A DNA stretch of 64,000 bases from Candidatus Omnitrophota bacterium (GTDB lineage Bacteria > Omnitrophota > Gorgyraeia > Zapsychrales > JANLHA01): the NCBI GenBank assembly GCA_031423615.1, contig JANPFV010000015.1, positions 14,666-78,665 of the forward strand, written 5' to 3'. Below, in pieces: positions 48,324 through 56,507 of this stretch; position 1 is the first letter of the stretch; the number at the start of each line of letters is the position of its first letter. The notes beneath the pieces were generated by a model, which did no database searches, had not been told where the DNA came from, and worked only from the letters and a program-made list of their open reading frames with translations. Both the position numbers and the translations under genes were made by a program.

Positions 48324-48374
48324 TTTATAAAATATATCAAAATATGACATATAAATTTGCACTTTGATATATTG
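48324..48374. repeat. second, split copy of the operator motif (TTTATAAAATATATCAAA ... TTTGATATATT)
   Basis: the 18-mer at 48324-48341 is identical to 48255-48272; the 11-mer at 48364-48374 is identical to 48245-48255; it overlaps a candidate TTGCAC-N18-TATCTT promoter for the small ORF at 48410. Confidence 0.4.
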
Positions 48375-48409
48375 CATGTTATCTTTGAGATAAGGGAGGC
48401 GAGAATAAT

Positions 48410-48583
48410 ATGATTGAAGTCCTATTGAAATTCAGCGCAATGCTTAAAGTTCTCGGTTTGCCGTTCTTATTTCTCGTGACTTTAAATTCTAGAAAGCAGT
48501 TAAAGACACTGGAAAAATATTCTAATCATGACGATGACGTTCCTGGTGACAATTTTCCCCATGTCTTTATGAGCAAAAATTAA
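48410..48583 (+). CDS. small hydrophobic protein (57 aa, MIEVLLKFSAMLKVLGLPFLFLVTLNS...)
   Basis: strong RBS GGGAGG 8 nt upstream of the ATG; TAA at 48581-48583; below the ORF-track size cutoff. Confidence 0.4.
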   Translation: MIEVLLKFSAMLKVLGLPFLFLVTLNSRKQLKTLEKYSNHDDDVPGDNFPHVFMSKN

Positions 48584-48617
48584 TAATGCAAAGCACATTT
48601 TGAGAGGAGGTCCACGC

Positions 48618-48845
48618 ATGCACGCGCTATTGATATTGGAAAATGACAATGTTACAAATTTGCGAGTTCTTGTCACGGTAAGAAATAAGAAACTTAAAAA
48701 AGAAATTATTTTCTTACTTCAGGAAAATCGCGTGCGGGAGGCCTTTGAACTTTTAAAATCGCGCGCCGAAGTCAGGGCCTATCTTCCAAAGGGAAGTAAG
48801 CTACTGGTGACACCAGAAATTATTTTATTTGAAGATTTGTTGTAA
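48618..48845 (+). CDS. hypothetical small protein (75 aa)
   Basis: GAGGAGG RBS upstream of the ATG at 48618 (MHALLILENDN...); the track ORF starts at 48600. Confidence 0.4.
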   Translation: MHALLILENDNVTNLRVLVTVRNKKLKKEIIFLLQENRVREAFELLKSRAEVRAYLPKGSKLLVTPEIILFEDLL

Positions 48846-48969
48846 AAATTATTTCGTCTGTACAGACAAAACTCATTTCTCAAATCCCCCCTTTCCTATA
48901 AAATGAGTTGTAATAAATAAGTTTTGACATTTTTTAAGCGCTTTGTTTCTGTGGTATACTGTCAACGAT

Positions 48970-49608
48970 ATGGTCAAGAATCATCCTAAAATATTGGTGG
49001 TCGACGACGAGCCCGACGTGACAGCCTATTTTCAGAAGTTCTTTGGAAGAAAAGGATTCTTTGTCAACACGACGGCCAGCGGTAAAGATGCTTTAGGCAT
49101 GATCAAAGCATCCAAACCGGACCTGGTTTTTCTGGATTTAACTTTGGCGGAGATGACCGGACGGCAAGTGCTGCAAGCCTTGCGAAAATTTGATCGAGAA
49201 ACCAAGGTTATCGTGATTACCGGCCATACTCTGAATTCTGAAGCGGAGAGCGAAGAATTCAGGGCCTTAGGCATCAGTGCTTATTTAAATAAACCGCTGA
49301 GTTTGGATGAGGTTGATAAGATGGCCAAAATGATTTTGGGGGATAATTATCCGTTAGCGCAATTTGATCAAAATATTCCGACCCAGGAAATAAAACAAGC
49401 TTTATCGACGGCAACTCACAAATTGCGCAATCTCCTCGGCAATATTAAAGGGGAGTGTCAAGTTTATCTGATCCATAAAAAGTCGGGTAAGTACAAAAAC
49501 AAATCAAAAGATGATGTGCAGAAAATGTCTGATGTTATTATCGAAGATGTCGTGGTTACGATTAATAAGGTGATGGAAGTTCTTAATGGTGTTAAAAGCG
49601 AGAAATAG
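48970..49608 (+). CDS. response regulator receiver domain with C-terminal extension of about 90 aa (possible Hpt-like segment)
   Basis: REC ILVVDDEPDV...FLDLTLAEMTG...VITGH...AYLNKP; C-terminal STATHKLRNLLGNIKGE resembles an HxxKG Hpt motif (inference). Confidence 0.7.
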   Translation: MVKNHPKILVVDDEPDVTAYFQKFFGRKGFFVNTTASGKDALGMIKASKPDLVFLDLTLAEMTGRQVLQALRKFDRETKVIVITGHTLNSEAESEEFRALGISAYLNKPLSLDEVDKMAKMILGDNYPLAQFDQNIPTQEIKQALSTATHKLRNLLGNIKGECQVYLIHKKSGKYKNKSKDDVQKMSDVIIEDVVVTINKVMEVLNGVKSEK

Positions 49609-49610
49609 CA

Positions 49611-49985
49611 ATGCCAAAACTTTTAGTTGTCGATGATGAAATAGACATCGTTGAGGTCACAAAACGATTTTTTAAAAAGCGTGGCCTCGACGTTTTTACG
49701 GCGAGCGACGGGGAAGAAGCTCTCCGGGTGATTAAAGAGGAAAATCCAGATTTGGTTTTGCTGGATTTCAATCTGCCGATTTTAAGCGGGTTAGAAATTT
49801 TAAAAAAGTTAAGAAATGAACTGAAATTGAATACGAAAGTCATTATGGTCACAGGTTTTGAAACGGAAATGGTCATCAATGAAACCCAAGGCTTAGCTCT
49901 GGAGGGATGTATTCATAAGCCTCTGGATTTGGAAAAACTGGAAGAAGTTGTTATGTCCGCGTTAAGCAAGCCTAGCGATAAATGA
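49611..49985 (+). CDS. single-domain response regulator (REC only)
   Basis: LLVVDDEIDI...LLDFNLPILSG...MVTGF...CIHKP. Confidence 0.85.
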   Translation: MPKLLVVDDEIDIVEVTKRFFKKRGLDVFTASDGEEALRVIKEENPDLVLLDFNLPILSGLEILKKLRNELKLNTKVIMVTGFETEMVINETQGLALEGCIHKPLDLEKLEEVVMSALSKPSDK

Positions 49986-50082
49986 GCATCCTGGATCCCG
50001 CCTTTCCCGGCGATACTTTTTAAAAAGTGAGCCGGCTTAAGAATTCAAAATTGATGTAACCGATTTAATAAATAAAAAGAAA

Positions 50083-50111
50083 AGGCAACCTGATTAACAG
50101 ATTGCCTTTTC
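50083..50111. terminator. bidirectional rho-independent terminator
   Basis: aaaaag-AAGGCAACCTG-attaa-CAGATTGCCTT-ttct hairpin between convergent genes, flanked by A-run and T-run. Confidence 0.5.
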
Positions 50112-50125
50112 TATAGAGCGATGAT

Positions 50126-50641
50126 TTATTGACTCATGGCTTCTTCGTTGATTTGCGACTCTGCTAATTCGGTCAGAGTTTCATCGGTATTTTCTTCTTC
50201 TTCGATGGTCTCCTTTAATAAAGTTAGATCTTCCTGATAGCCGAGAGCGGCGGCAAATGTACATAAAGAACCATAGGCCGCGATTTCGTAATGCTCGACT
50301 TTTTGCGCCGCAACGATTATGCCGGCATCAAGTACGCTGGGAGCTGCATCTTCCTCAAGCATTTTTGCGCCTTCCTTCAACAGACCTTCCATGCCCTCAC
50401 ATTTCGGTCCGGTCGAACTTTCATCAAGGCGCTTGAAAATTTTCTCCAAGCGGACAATTTGGTTTTCTGTTTCTGCCAAATGTTTTTCAAATCCCCGTTT
50501 AAGTTCGGGATTATTTGCGGCTCTTGCCATTTTGGGCAAGGCCTTGGTGATTTGTTTTTCTGCACTCAGAATATCCTTGAGTTCATGGACATATAAATCA
50601 TGCAATGTTGCCAGTTCTTCTTTTTTCATGTCTTTTTTCAT
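50126..50641 (-). CDS. ferritin-like DUF892 (YciE/YciF family) protein
   Basis: LHDLYVHELKDILSAEKQITKALPKMA...LEKIFKRL four-helix-bundle pattern typical of YciE/YciF. Confidence 0.75.
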   Translation of the reverse strand: MKKDMKKEELATLHDLYVHELKDILSAEKQITKALPKMARAANNPELKRGFEKHLAETENQIVRLEKIFKRLDESSTGPKCEGMEGLLKEGAKMLEEDAAPSVLDAGIIVAAQKVEHYEIAAYGSLCTFAAALGYQEDLTLLKETIEEEENTDETLTELAESQINEEAMSQ

Positions 50642-50863
50642 TCCCGGCTCCTTTCGCCTGAATCAAAATCGTGGTTGACCTTGACTTACTGGAATATATT
50701 TTAGGCCATCCAGATTAAAAGACCGTTAATACAAAATTAATTTGGATTTGACGTACGAAAGAAAAGGACTCATTATCGAGATAACCTGCTATAATCAATT
50801 ATCTATTGGCCAACCGCAGGAGATACTCTAAACGAGCAAATCGCAGGATTGATTATTAAAAAA

Positions 50864-50980
50864 ATGCTAACTTCCCAAAAAGGCAGAAAATGCAAGTTTC
50901 CTCATTGTAAGCGGATATTGAGTATCTACAATCATGAAGCGTATTGCCATGTTCATGTGATGCAGATGCAAAATCGGTGA
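50864..50980 (+). CDS. possible small Cys/His-rich protein (38 aa, MLTSQKGRKCKFPHCKRILSIYNHEAYCHVHVMQMQNR)
   Basis: ATG at 50864, TGA at 50978-50980; followed by a terminator-like hairpin; below the ORF-track cutoff. Confidence 0.25.
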   Translation: MLTSQKGRKCKFPHCKRILSIYNHEAYCHVHVMQMQNR

Positions 50981-51006
50981 ATCCATAAAAAATGAGCCCT
51001 GAGCGA

Positions 51007-51037
51007 GTCCTGACAGGGTTATCTGGTCAGGTTTTTC
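51007..51037 (+). terminator. candidate rho-independent terminator
   Basis: CCTGAC-agggttatctg-GTCAGG followed by TTTTT. Confidence 0.4.
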
Positions 51038-51099
51038 CATTTTCGCCCTACCTTCAAAATTACAGTTAAAAATAATGAATTGCGTTTATAATACTCTCC

Positions 51100-54000
51100 A
51101 TGAGTTTGAACGCTTTTCATTCTGCCACATCCCGATGGTTCACAAAGACGTTTGGTCAGCCCACCGACGTGCAAGAAAAAGCTTGGCCGGCCATCCAAAG
51201 CGGCCGCCATACCCTCATTTCCGCACCGACGGGAAGCGGTAAAACCCTCGCCGCTTTTTATGCCATGATCGACGGACTTGTGCGCCGGAGTTTAGATGGC
51301 GGCCTGCCTGACGCCACCCAAATTGTTTATATTTCGCCTCTGAAAGCTTTGAGTAACGATATCCATCGCAATTTGGAAATTCCCCTTTTGGGGATAAAGG
51401 AAGAATTGGCGAAACAAGGCTACGCACCTGTTTCTATCTTAACCGCCGTGCGCACGGGCGACACCACCTCATTTGAGCGTCAGAAAATGTTGAAAAATCC
51501 TCCCCATATTCTTGTCACGACGCCCGAATCATTGTATTTGTTATTGACCAGCAAAAGCGGCCGCCAGATGCTTAAGACGGTGGGCACGATCATTATCGAT
51601 GAAATCCATGCGATGTTACAGGATAAACGCGGAGCGCACTTAGCGCTTTCTTTGGAAAGATTGGAGGCCTTGACCGGCCAGCGTTTGCAGCGGGTGGGAC
51701 TTTCCGCGACGCAAAAACCGGTGGAAATGGTCGCCCGTTTTCTCGTCGGGAATGCCAATATTGAGAAGGATGTCGCGGACTGCGTGATCATCAACACCGG
51801 TCACCGCCGGAAAATGGATTTAGCCATTGAAGTCCCCCAGGCCCCGCTGAGTGCGGTTATGAGCAATGACGTGTGGGGGGAACTTTACGATCGTCTGATT
51901 GAATTGATCAACGCGCATAAAACCACCCTAGTTTTCGTCAACACCCGGCGATTGGCGGAGCGCCTGGCCATGGCCCTGTCGCAACGTCTGGGTGAGGCCC
52001 AGGTGAGTTCCCACCACGGCAGTATGAGCAAAGAACACCGGCATTCTGCGGAGCAACGACTGAAGGCGGGACAGTTGAAAGTTTTGGTCGCGACCGCTTC
52101 CATGGAATTGGGTATTGATATCGGCTCCGTGGATCTTGTTGTGCAATTTTCTTGCCCTAAAAGTATTGCGGCTTTTTTACAGCGCGTCGGGCGAAGCGGT
52201 CATCAGGTCTTAGGAACTCCCAAAGGGATTCTTTTTCCTCTGACGCGAGAAGACTTGCTGGATTCGGTCGCTTTATTAGACAGTGTGCGCCGCGCCGAAC
52301 TTGATCATATTGTCATGCCGGAAATGCCGCTTGATGTTTTAAGTCAGCAGATCGTGGCGGAAGTCGCCAGTCAGGAATGGCCGGTTAACGAATTATATGA
52401 TGTGTTTCACCGGGCGTACTCTTTTCGCAACTTGACGAAAGAAAAATTTATGGAGATTGTTGTCATGGTTTCGGAAGGATTTACCACCCGCCGAGGACGC
52501 AAAGGCGCTTATCTGCACTACGACGCAGTCAACGGATTTTTGCGGGGACGGCGAAATGCCCGGCTTACGGCTTTGACCAACGGCGGAACGATTGCCGACA
52601 TGTTCGATTATGATGTTGTCTTGCAACCGGAAGGAATTACCGTCGGGACGCTCAACGAGGAATTTGCGTTGGAATCTTTGTCCGGCGACATTTTTAATTT
52701 AGGGACTCATGCGTGGCAGTTGATTCGGGTTGAAGGCCTTAAAGTGCTGGTTTATGATGCAGCGGGCAAACCGGCCACCGTGCCGTTTTGGAAAGGCGAA
52801 GGCGCAGGACGCAGCACGGAATTGAGTGAATCGGTGTCGCGATTGCGCGCGACAATGAGTGATCTTTTGGATAAAAACCCTCTTCCCAACATTTCTCTTG
52901 TCGATATTCCTGATGATATGACTTTGCGCTTTCATCCGGCTGTCCAATGGCTGGTCGATGAAATTGGGATCCTGCCGGATGCGGCCCAACAACTTGTCCT
53001 CTATTTAGGGATGGGGAAAGTCGGGCTGGGGATCATGCCGACTCGCCAGACGATTGTTTTGGAAAGATTTTTTGATGAAGCCGGAGATATGCATGTGGTG
53101 ATCCATTCGGTGTACGGCAGCCGGGTCAACCGGGGATGGGGACTGGCCTTGCGTAAAAAATTTTGCCGTAAATTTAATTTTGAATTACAGGCCGCGGCGA
53201 CAGAAAATTGCATTATCCTTTCTTTGAGTTCTTCCCATAGTTTTCCCGTCGATGAAGTTTTTCGCTACCTGAATACCAAAACCTTACGCGAGACCTTGAT
53301 CCAGGCCATGCTCGATGCCCCTTTGTTTGAAATCCGTTGGCGCACCAATGCCACACGGTCTTTGGCGATTTTGCGCAATCGCGCCGGACAGCGTGTGCCA
53401 CCGTATTTACAGCGCATGCAGGCTGAGGATTTGATCGCCCAGGTTTTTCCCGATCAGATCGCGTGCGCGGAAAACTTGACGGGAGAAAGAGAAATTCCCG
53501 ACCATCCTTTAGTAGAGCAAGTGATTCGAGATTGTTTAACGGAATCCATGGACATTGCGGAATTGGAAAAGCTGATCGGTCATATCCAGAATAAAGACCT
53601 GGAATTGATCGCAAAAGATTTACGCGAGCCTTCGGTTTTTGCGCAAGAAATTATCAATGCGCGGCCTTATGCTTTTCTTGACGATACAGAGTTTGCGGAG
53701 CGGCGGGTGAATGCGATCCGCAACCGTAGCTGGCTGGACCCTACGGAAGCTTCGGACTTGAGTCAATTGAGTATAGAAGCGATCGCGCGGGTTAAAGAAG
53801 AATCCTGGCCGCAGGCGCAAAATGCCGACGAGCTTCATGACATCTTGACTGTCCATTCTTTTATGACCGAAGAAGAGGGAAAGTCCAGCGGGTGGTTTCG
53901 TTTTTTTGAAGAGCTCATTGGGGCTGGGCGGGCAACGCGGATGATCATTCCCGGCGGGCGGGCTTTTTGGGTTGCTGCGGAAAGAATTTCTCACTTCAAA

Positions 54001-55494
54001 GGAGTTTACGAAAAAGCCCATTTTGATCCCGTCCTTCATTTGCCCGCCGCTTTCATCCAACCCTCTTTAGGGTTAGAAGACAGTGTCCGAGAAATTATGC
54101 GCGGCCGTTTGGAAGCCTTGGGTCCGGTGACGGAAGAGCAGTTGATAAATGATTTTCAATTATCGCCGGGCCTGATTCAGGGCGCATTGTTGGCGTTGGA
54201 AACCGAAGGTTTTGTTTTTCGGGGAAAATTTACCCCGGGATTGGGAAAACAGGAATGGTGCGAACGCCGGCTTTTGCGGCGTGTGCATAAATACAGCATT
54301 GAATCTTTGCGGCAAAGTATTCAGCCCGTGAGCGTGCAGGATTTTATGCGTTTTCTTTTTATTCATCAGGGGATGAATTCTTCCGACCAAAAAGAAGGAC
54401 CGGCGGCTTTAGAGCACGTTTTGGAAACCTTGGAAGGATATGAAGCCCCGGCCGCGGCTTGGGAGGCCGACCTCATTCCCGCCCGCATGGGTGATTATGA
54501 TCCAGCGTGGTTAGACGTTTTATGCATCAGCGGGAAAATTGTTTGGGGGCGCTATAATCTGCCAAAAGGTGATCCGTTGAAAAAAAAGTCCGGGCCATTA
54601 AAGAGCACACCCATTACTCTGGTGCGTCGCACTCAGGATCATATATGGCGAAGTCTGGCTCACAAAGGTCCCGACGGAGTTTTAAGCCATTGCGCGCAAA
54701 AGATCAGGGAGTTTTTAAAAATGAACGGCGCCAGTTTTTTTGATGACATGACGCGGCGTACCCAGCTTTTGAAAAGTGAAGTCGAGGAAGGCATCGGCGA
54801 ACTCGTTGCTAATGGCTTGGTCATCAGTGACAGTTATTCTGGGATGCGGGCGTTGTTGACTCCTCAGGCCAATAAGGTTGGGCACAATCGTCTGCGGGTG
54901 ACCCCGCGGGACCGGCAAAAGGTTTTCTTCGGCATTGAGCATGCCGGCCGTTGGACATTGATCGCAAATATTCCGTCGGAAGAAAGCAAAGAAATCCAAT
55001 ACGAAATTTTAGAACAGGTCATTTTTACCTATCTTAAGCGGTGGGGCGTTCTTTTTCGTTCGCTCTTGGAAAAGGAAGGTTTTGCTCCGCCCTGGCGGAT
55101 TCTTGTTCGTGTTTTGCGGCGGCTGGAATTAAGAGGACAGGTGCGCGGTGGTCGTTTTGTCGCCCAGGTCAGCGGAGAACAATTTGCTCTGCCCGAAACC
55201 GTCGATCGCTTGCGAAAAATCAGCAAACAACCCGGGGACAATGTGCTTATTTCTATTTCGGCCGTTGATCCTTTGAATTTATTGGGAGTGATTTTGCCCG
55301 GTCAACGCATTTCGCACTTGGCCTCTCACCGTATCGTTTTTCGTGATGGCGTTCCTTTAGCCATTTTAGAAGGAAAGGATGTCAAGTTTATGAGAAATTT
55401 TAGCCCGCAAGAAGAATGGGACATCCGCAAAGTTCTTGTCCGTCGGAGGTTTCCTTCCAAATTGCGGTATTACTTAGGTAAGAACTATGTCTGA
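51100..55494 (+). CDS. lhr: ATP-dependent helicase Lhr (full length, 1464 aa)
   Basis: Walker A APTGSGKT; DEIH box IIIDEIHAM; SAT-like motif VGLSATQKP; length and C-terminal extension typical of Lhr. Confidence 0.9.
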   Translation: MSLNAFHSATSRWFTKTFGQPTDVQEKAWPAIQSGRHTLISAPTGSGKTLAAFYAMIDGLVRRSLDGGLPDATQIVYISPLKALSNDIHRNLEIPLLGIKEELAKQGYAPVSILTAVRTGDTTSFERQKMLKNPPHILVTTPESLYLLLTSKSGRQMLKTVGTIIIDEIHAMLQDKRGAHLALSLERLEALTGQRLQRVGLSATQKPVEMVARFLVGNANIEKDVADCVIINTGHRRKMDLAIEVPQAPLSAVMSNDVWGELYDRLIELINAHKTTLVFVNTRRLAERLAMALSQRLGEAQVSSHHGSMSKEHRHSAEQRLKAGQLKVLVATASMELGIDIGSVDLVVQFSCPKSIAAFLQRVGRSGHQVLGTPKGILFPLTREDLLDSVALLDSVRRAELDHIVMPEMPLDVLSQQIVAEVASQEWPVNELYDVFHRAYSFRNLTKEKFMEIVVMVSEGFTTRRGRKGAYLHYDAVNGFLRGRRNARLTALTNGGTIADMFDYDVVLQPEGITVGTLNEEFALESLSGDIFNLGTHAWQLIRVEGLKVLVYDAAGKPATVPFWKGEGAGRSTELSESVSRLRATMSDLLDKNPLPNISLVDIPDDMTLRFHPAVQWLVDEIGILPDAAQQLVLYLGMGKVGLGIMPTRQTIVLERFFDEAGDMHVVIHSVYGSRVNRGWGLALRKKFCRKFNFELQAAATENCIILSLSSSHSFPVDEVFRYLNTKTLRETLIQAMLDAPLFEIRWRTNATRSLAILRNRAGQRVPPYLQRMQAEDLIAQVFPDQIACAENLTGEREIPDHPLVEQVIRDCLTESMDIAELEKLIGHIQNKDLELIAKDLREPSVFAQEIINARPYAFLDDTEFAERRVNAIRNRSWLDPTEASDLSQLSIEAIARVKEESWPQAQNADELHDILTVHSFMTEEEGKSSGWFRFFEELIGAGRATRMIIPGGRAFWVAAERISHFKGVYEKAHFDPVLHLPAAFIQPSLGLEDSVREIMRGRLEALGPVTEEQLINDFQLSPGLIQGALLALETEGFVFRGKFTPGLGKQEWCERRLLRRVHKYSIESLRQSIQPVSVQDFMRFLFIHQGMNSSDQKEGPAALEHVLETLEGYEAPAAAWEADLIPARMGDYDPAWLDVLCISGKIVWGRYNLPKGDPLKKKSGPLKSTPITLVRRTQDHIWRSLAHKGPDGVLSHCAQKIREFLKMNGASFFDDMTRRTQLLKSEVEEGIGELVANGLVISDSYSGMRALLTPQANKVGHNRLRVTPRDRQKVFFGIEHAGRWTLIANIPSEESKEIQYEILEQVIFTYLKRWGVLFRSLLEKEGFAPPWRILVRVLRRLELRGQVRGGRFVAQVSGEQFALPETVDRLRKISKQPGDNVLISISAVDPLNLLGVILPGQRISHLASHRIVFRDGVPLAILEGKDVKFMRNFSPQEEWDIRKVLVRRRFPSKLRYYLGKNYV

Positions 55495-56074
55495 AAAAGA
55501 AAAGGTTTTTAATAAATTGCGTGAAAAAATGCTAAACGCCAATTTGCCGTTAAAAAAGACCGCCAAGAATTTGGTTTTCGGCACAGGCAGTCTCGATCCT
55601 AAAGTTTTTTTTATCGGCGAAGCTCCGGGAGCAAAAGAAGATGTACAGGGTTTGCCCTTCGTGGGCGCGGCTGGAAAGCAGTTGGACCTTCTCCTTGAAT
55701 CAATTTCGCTTTCCCGGGAATCGGTCTATATCACCAGTATTCTGAAATACCGTCCGCCGGGAAACCGTCCACCCACCTTAGCCGAAATCCGGGCCCATAC
55801 CCCTTTTCTCGTCGAGCAAATCCGCATTCTTGCGCCGCCGGTGATTGTCACCTTGGGCAATTTCGCAACGCGATTTATTTTGGCCGGATTGAATATCGAA
55901 AATATGTCTAAGGTTCCCGGGATCACTCAAATTCACGGTCAACCGCATAAAATCCATTTTGAAGGAATGGATGTGAAGGTTGTTCCTGTTTTTCATCCCG
56001 CCGCCATCCTCTATCGACGGCCGTTAAAAGAAATCCTCCAGAACGATTTTCAGATAATCGCGCAAATTATTTAA
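55487..56074 (+). CDS. uracil-DNA glycosylase, family 4
   Basis: GEAPGAKEDVQGLPFVGAAG (GE[AG]PG motif); HPAAIL C-terminal motif; 8-nt overlap with lhr. Confidence 0.85.
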   Translation: MSEKEKVFNKLREKMLNANLPLKKTAKNLVFGTGSLDPKVFFIGEAPGAKEDVQGLPFVGAAGKQLDLLLESISLSRESVYITSILKYRPPGNRPPTLAEIRAHTPFLVEQIRILAPPVIVTLGNFATRFILAGLNIENMSKVPGITQIHGQPHKIHFEGMDVKVVPVFHPAAILYRRPLKEILQNDFQIIAQII

Positions 56075-56165
56075 ATTTCATCTGTTTTTAATCTTCCCTT
56101 AATTTTTTAGTTGTTAAGTTAAGGACAATCATTTAGCACTTATTTATCCTAAGGAGGAGAAAAAA

Positions 56166-56465
56166 ATGTCAAAGCTGAAGAAACAAAAACTCAATTCCCA
56201 AAATCAAAACTCTTTAGCGCATTATCAGGCAGATGAGCGCCCTGTCTCGGTCGGTTTACCATCGTCTGCAAATCAGCCTTCTTCGACGGTGGATTTTCAA
56301 ACGATCCAGAAGAAAGCGTATGAAATCTATGAGCGAAAAGGCGGACAGCCTTTGGATAATTGGCTGGAAGCGGAAGAATTTTTACGGCAAAACAGAAGCC
56401 GAGGAACCGCAGAGTCCGCTTCTCAGGCCGGAGAATTAGAGTCAGTCAAAAGCATGGCCAATTAA
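56166..56465 (+). CDS. DUF2934-family small protein
   Basis: IQKKAYEIYERKGGQPLDNWLEAEEFL signature; AAGGAGGAG RBS. Confidence 0.6.
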   Translation: MSKLKKQKLNSQNQNSLAHYQADERPVSVGLPSSANQPSSTVDFQTIQKKAYEIYERKGGQPLDNWLEAEEFLRQNRSRGTAESASQAGELESVKSMAN

Positions 56466-56507
56466 AGCGAACATCTTGGAATAGACTTCTTTAAACAAGG
56501 ATGGGGG

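Noticed and set aside
48245-48374. AT-rich palindromic repeats considered as a CRISPR array or mobile-element inverted repeats
   Set aside because: Only two copies with different spacing, no regular repeat-spacer periodicity, no cas genes and no transposase. An operator interpretation fits better.
51060-51099. TATAAT hexamer 8 nt upstream of the lhr ATG, considered as a promoter -10
   Set aside because: No acceptable -35 at 16-19 nt spacing, and it would leave no room for an RBS. More likely a coincidental AT-rich hexamer, with lhr possibly transcribed from further upstream.
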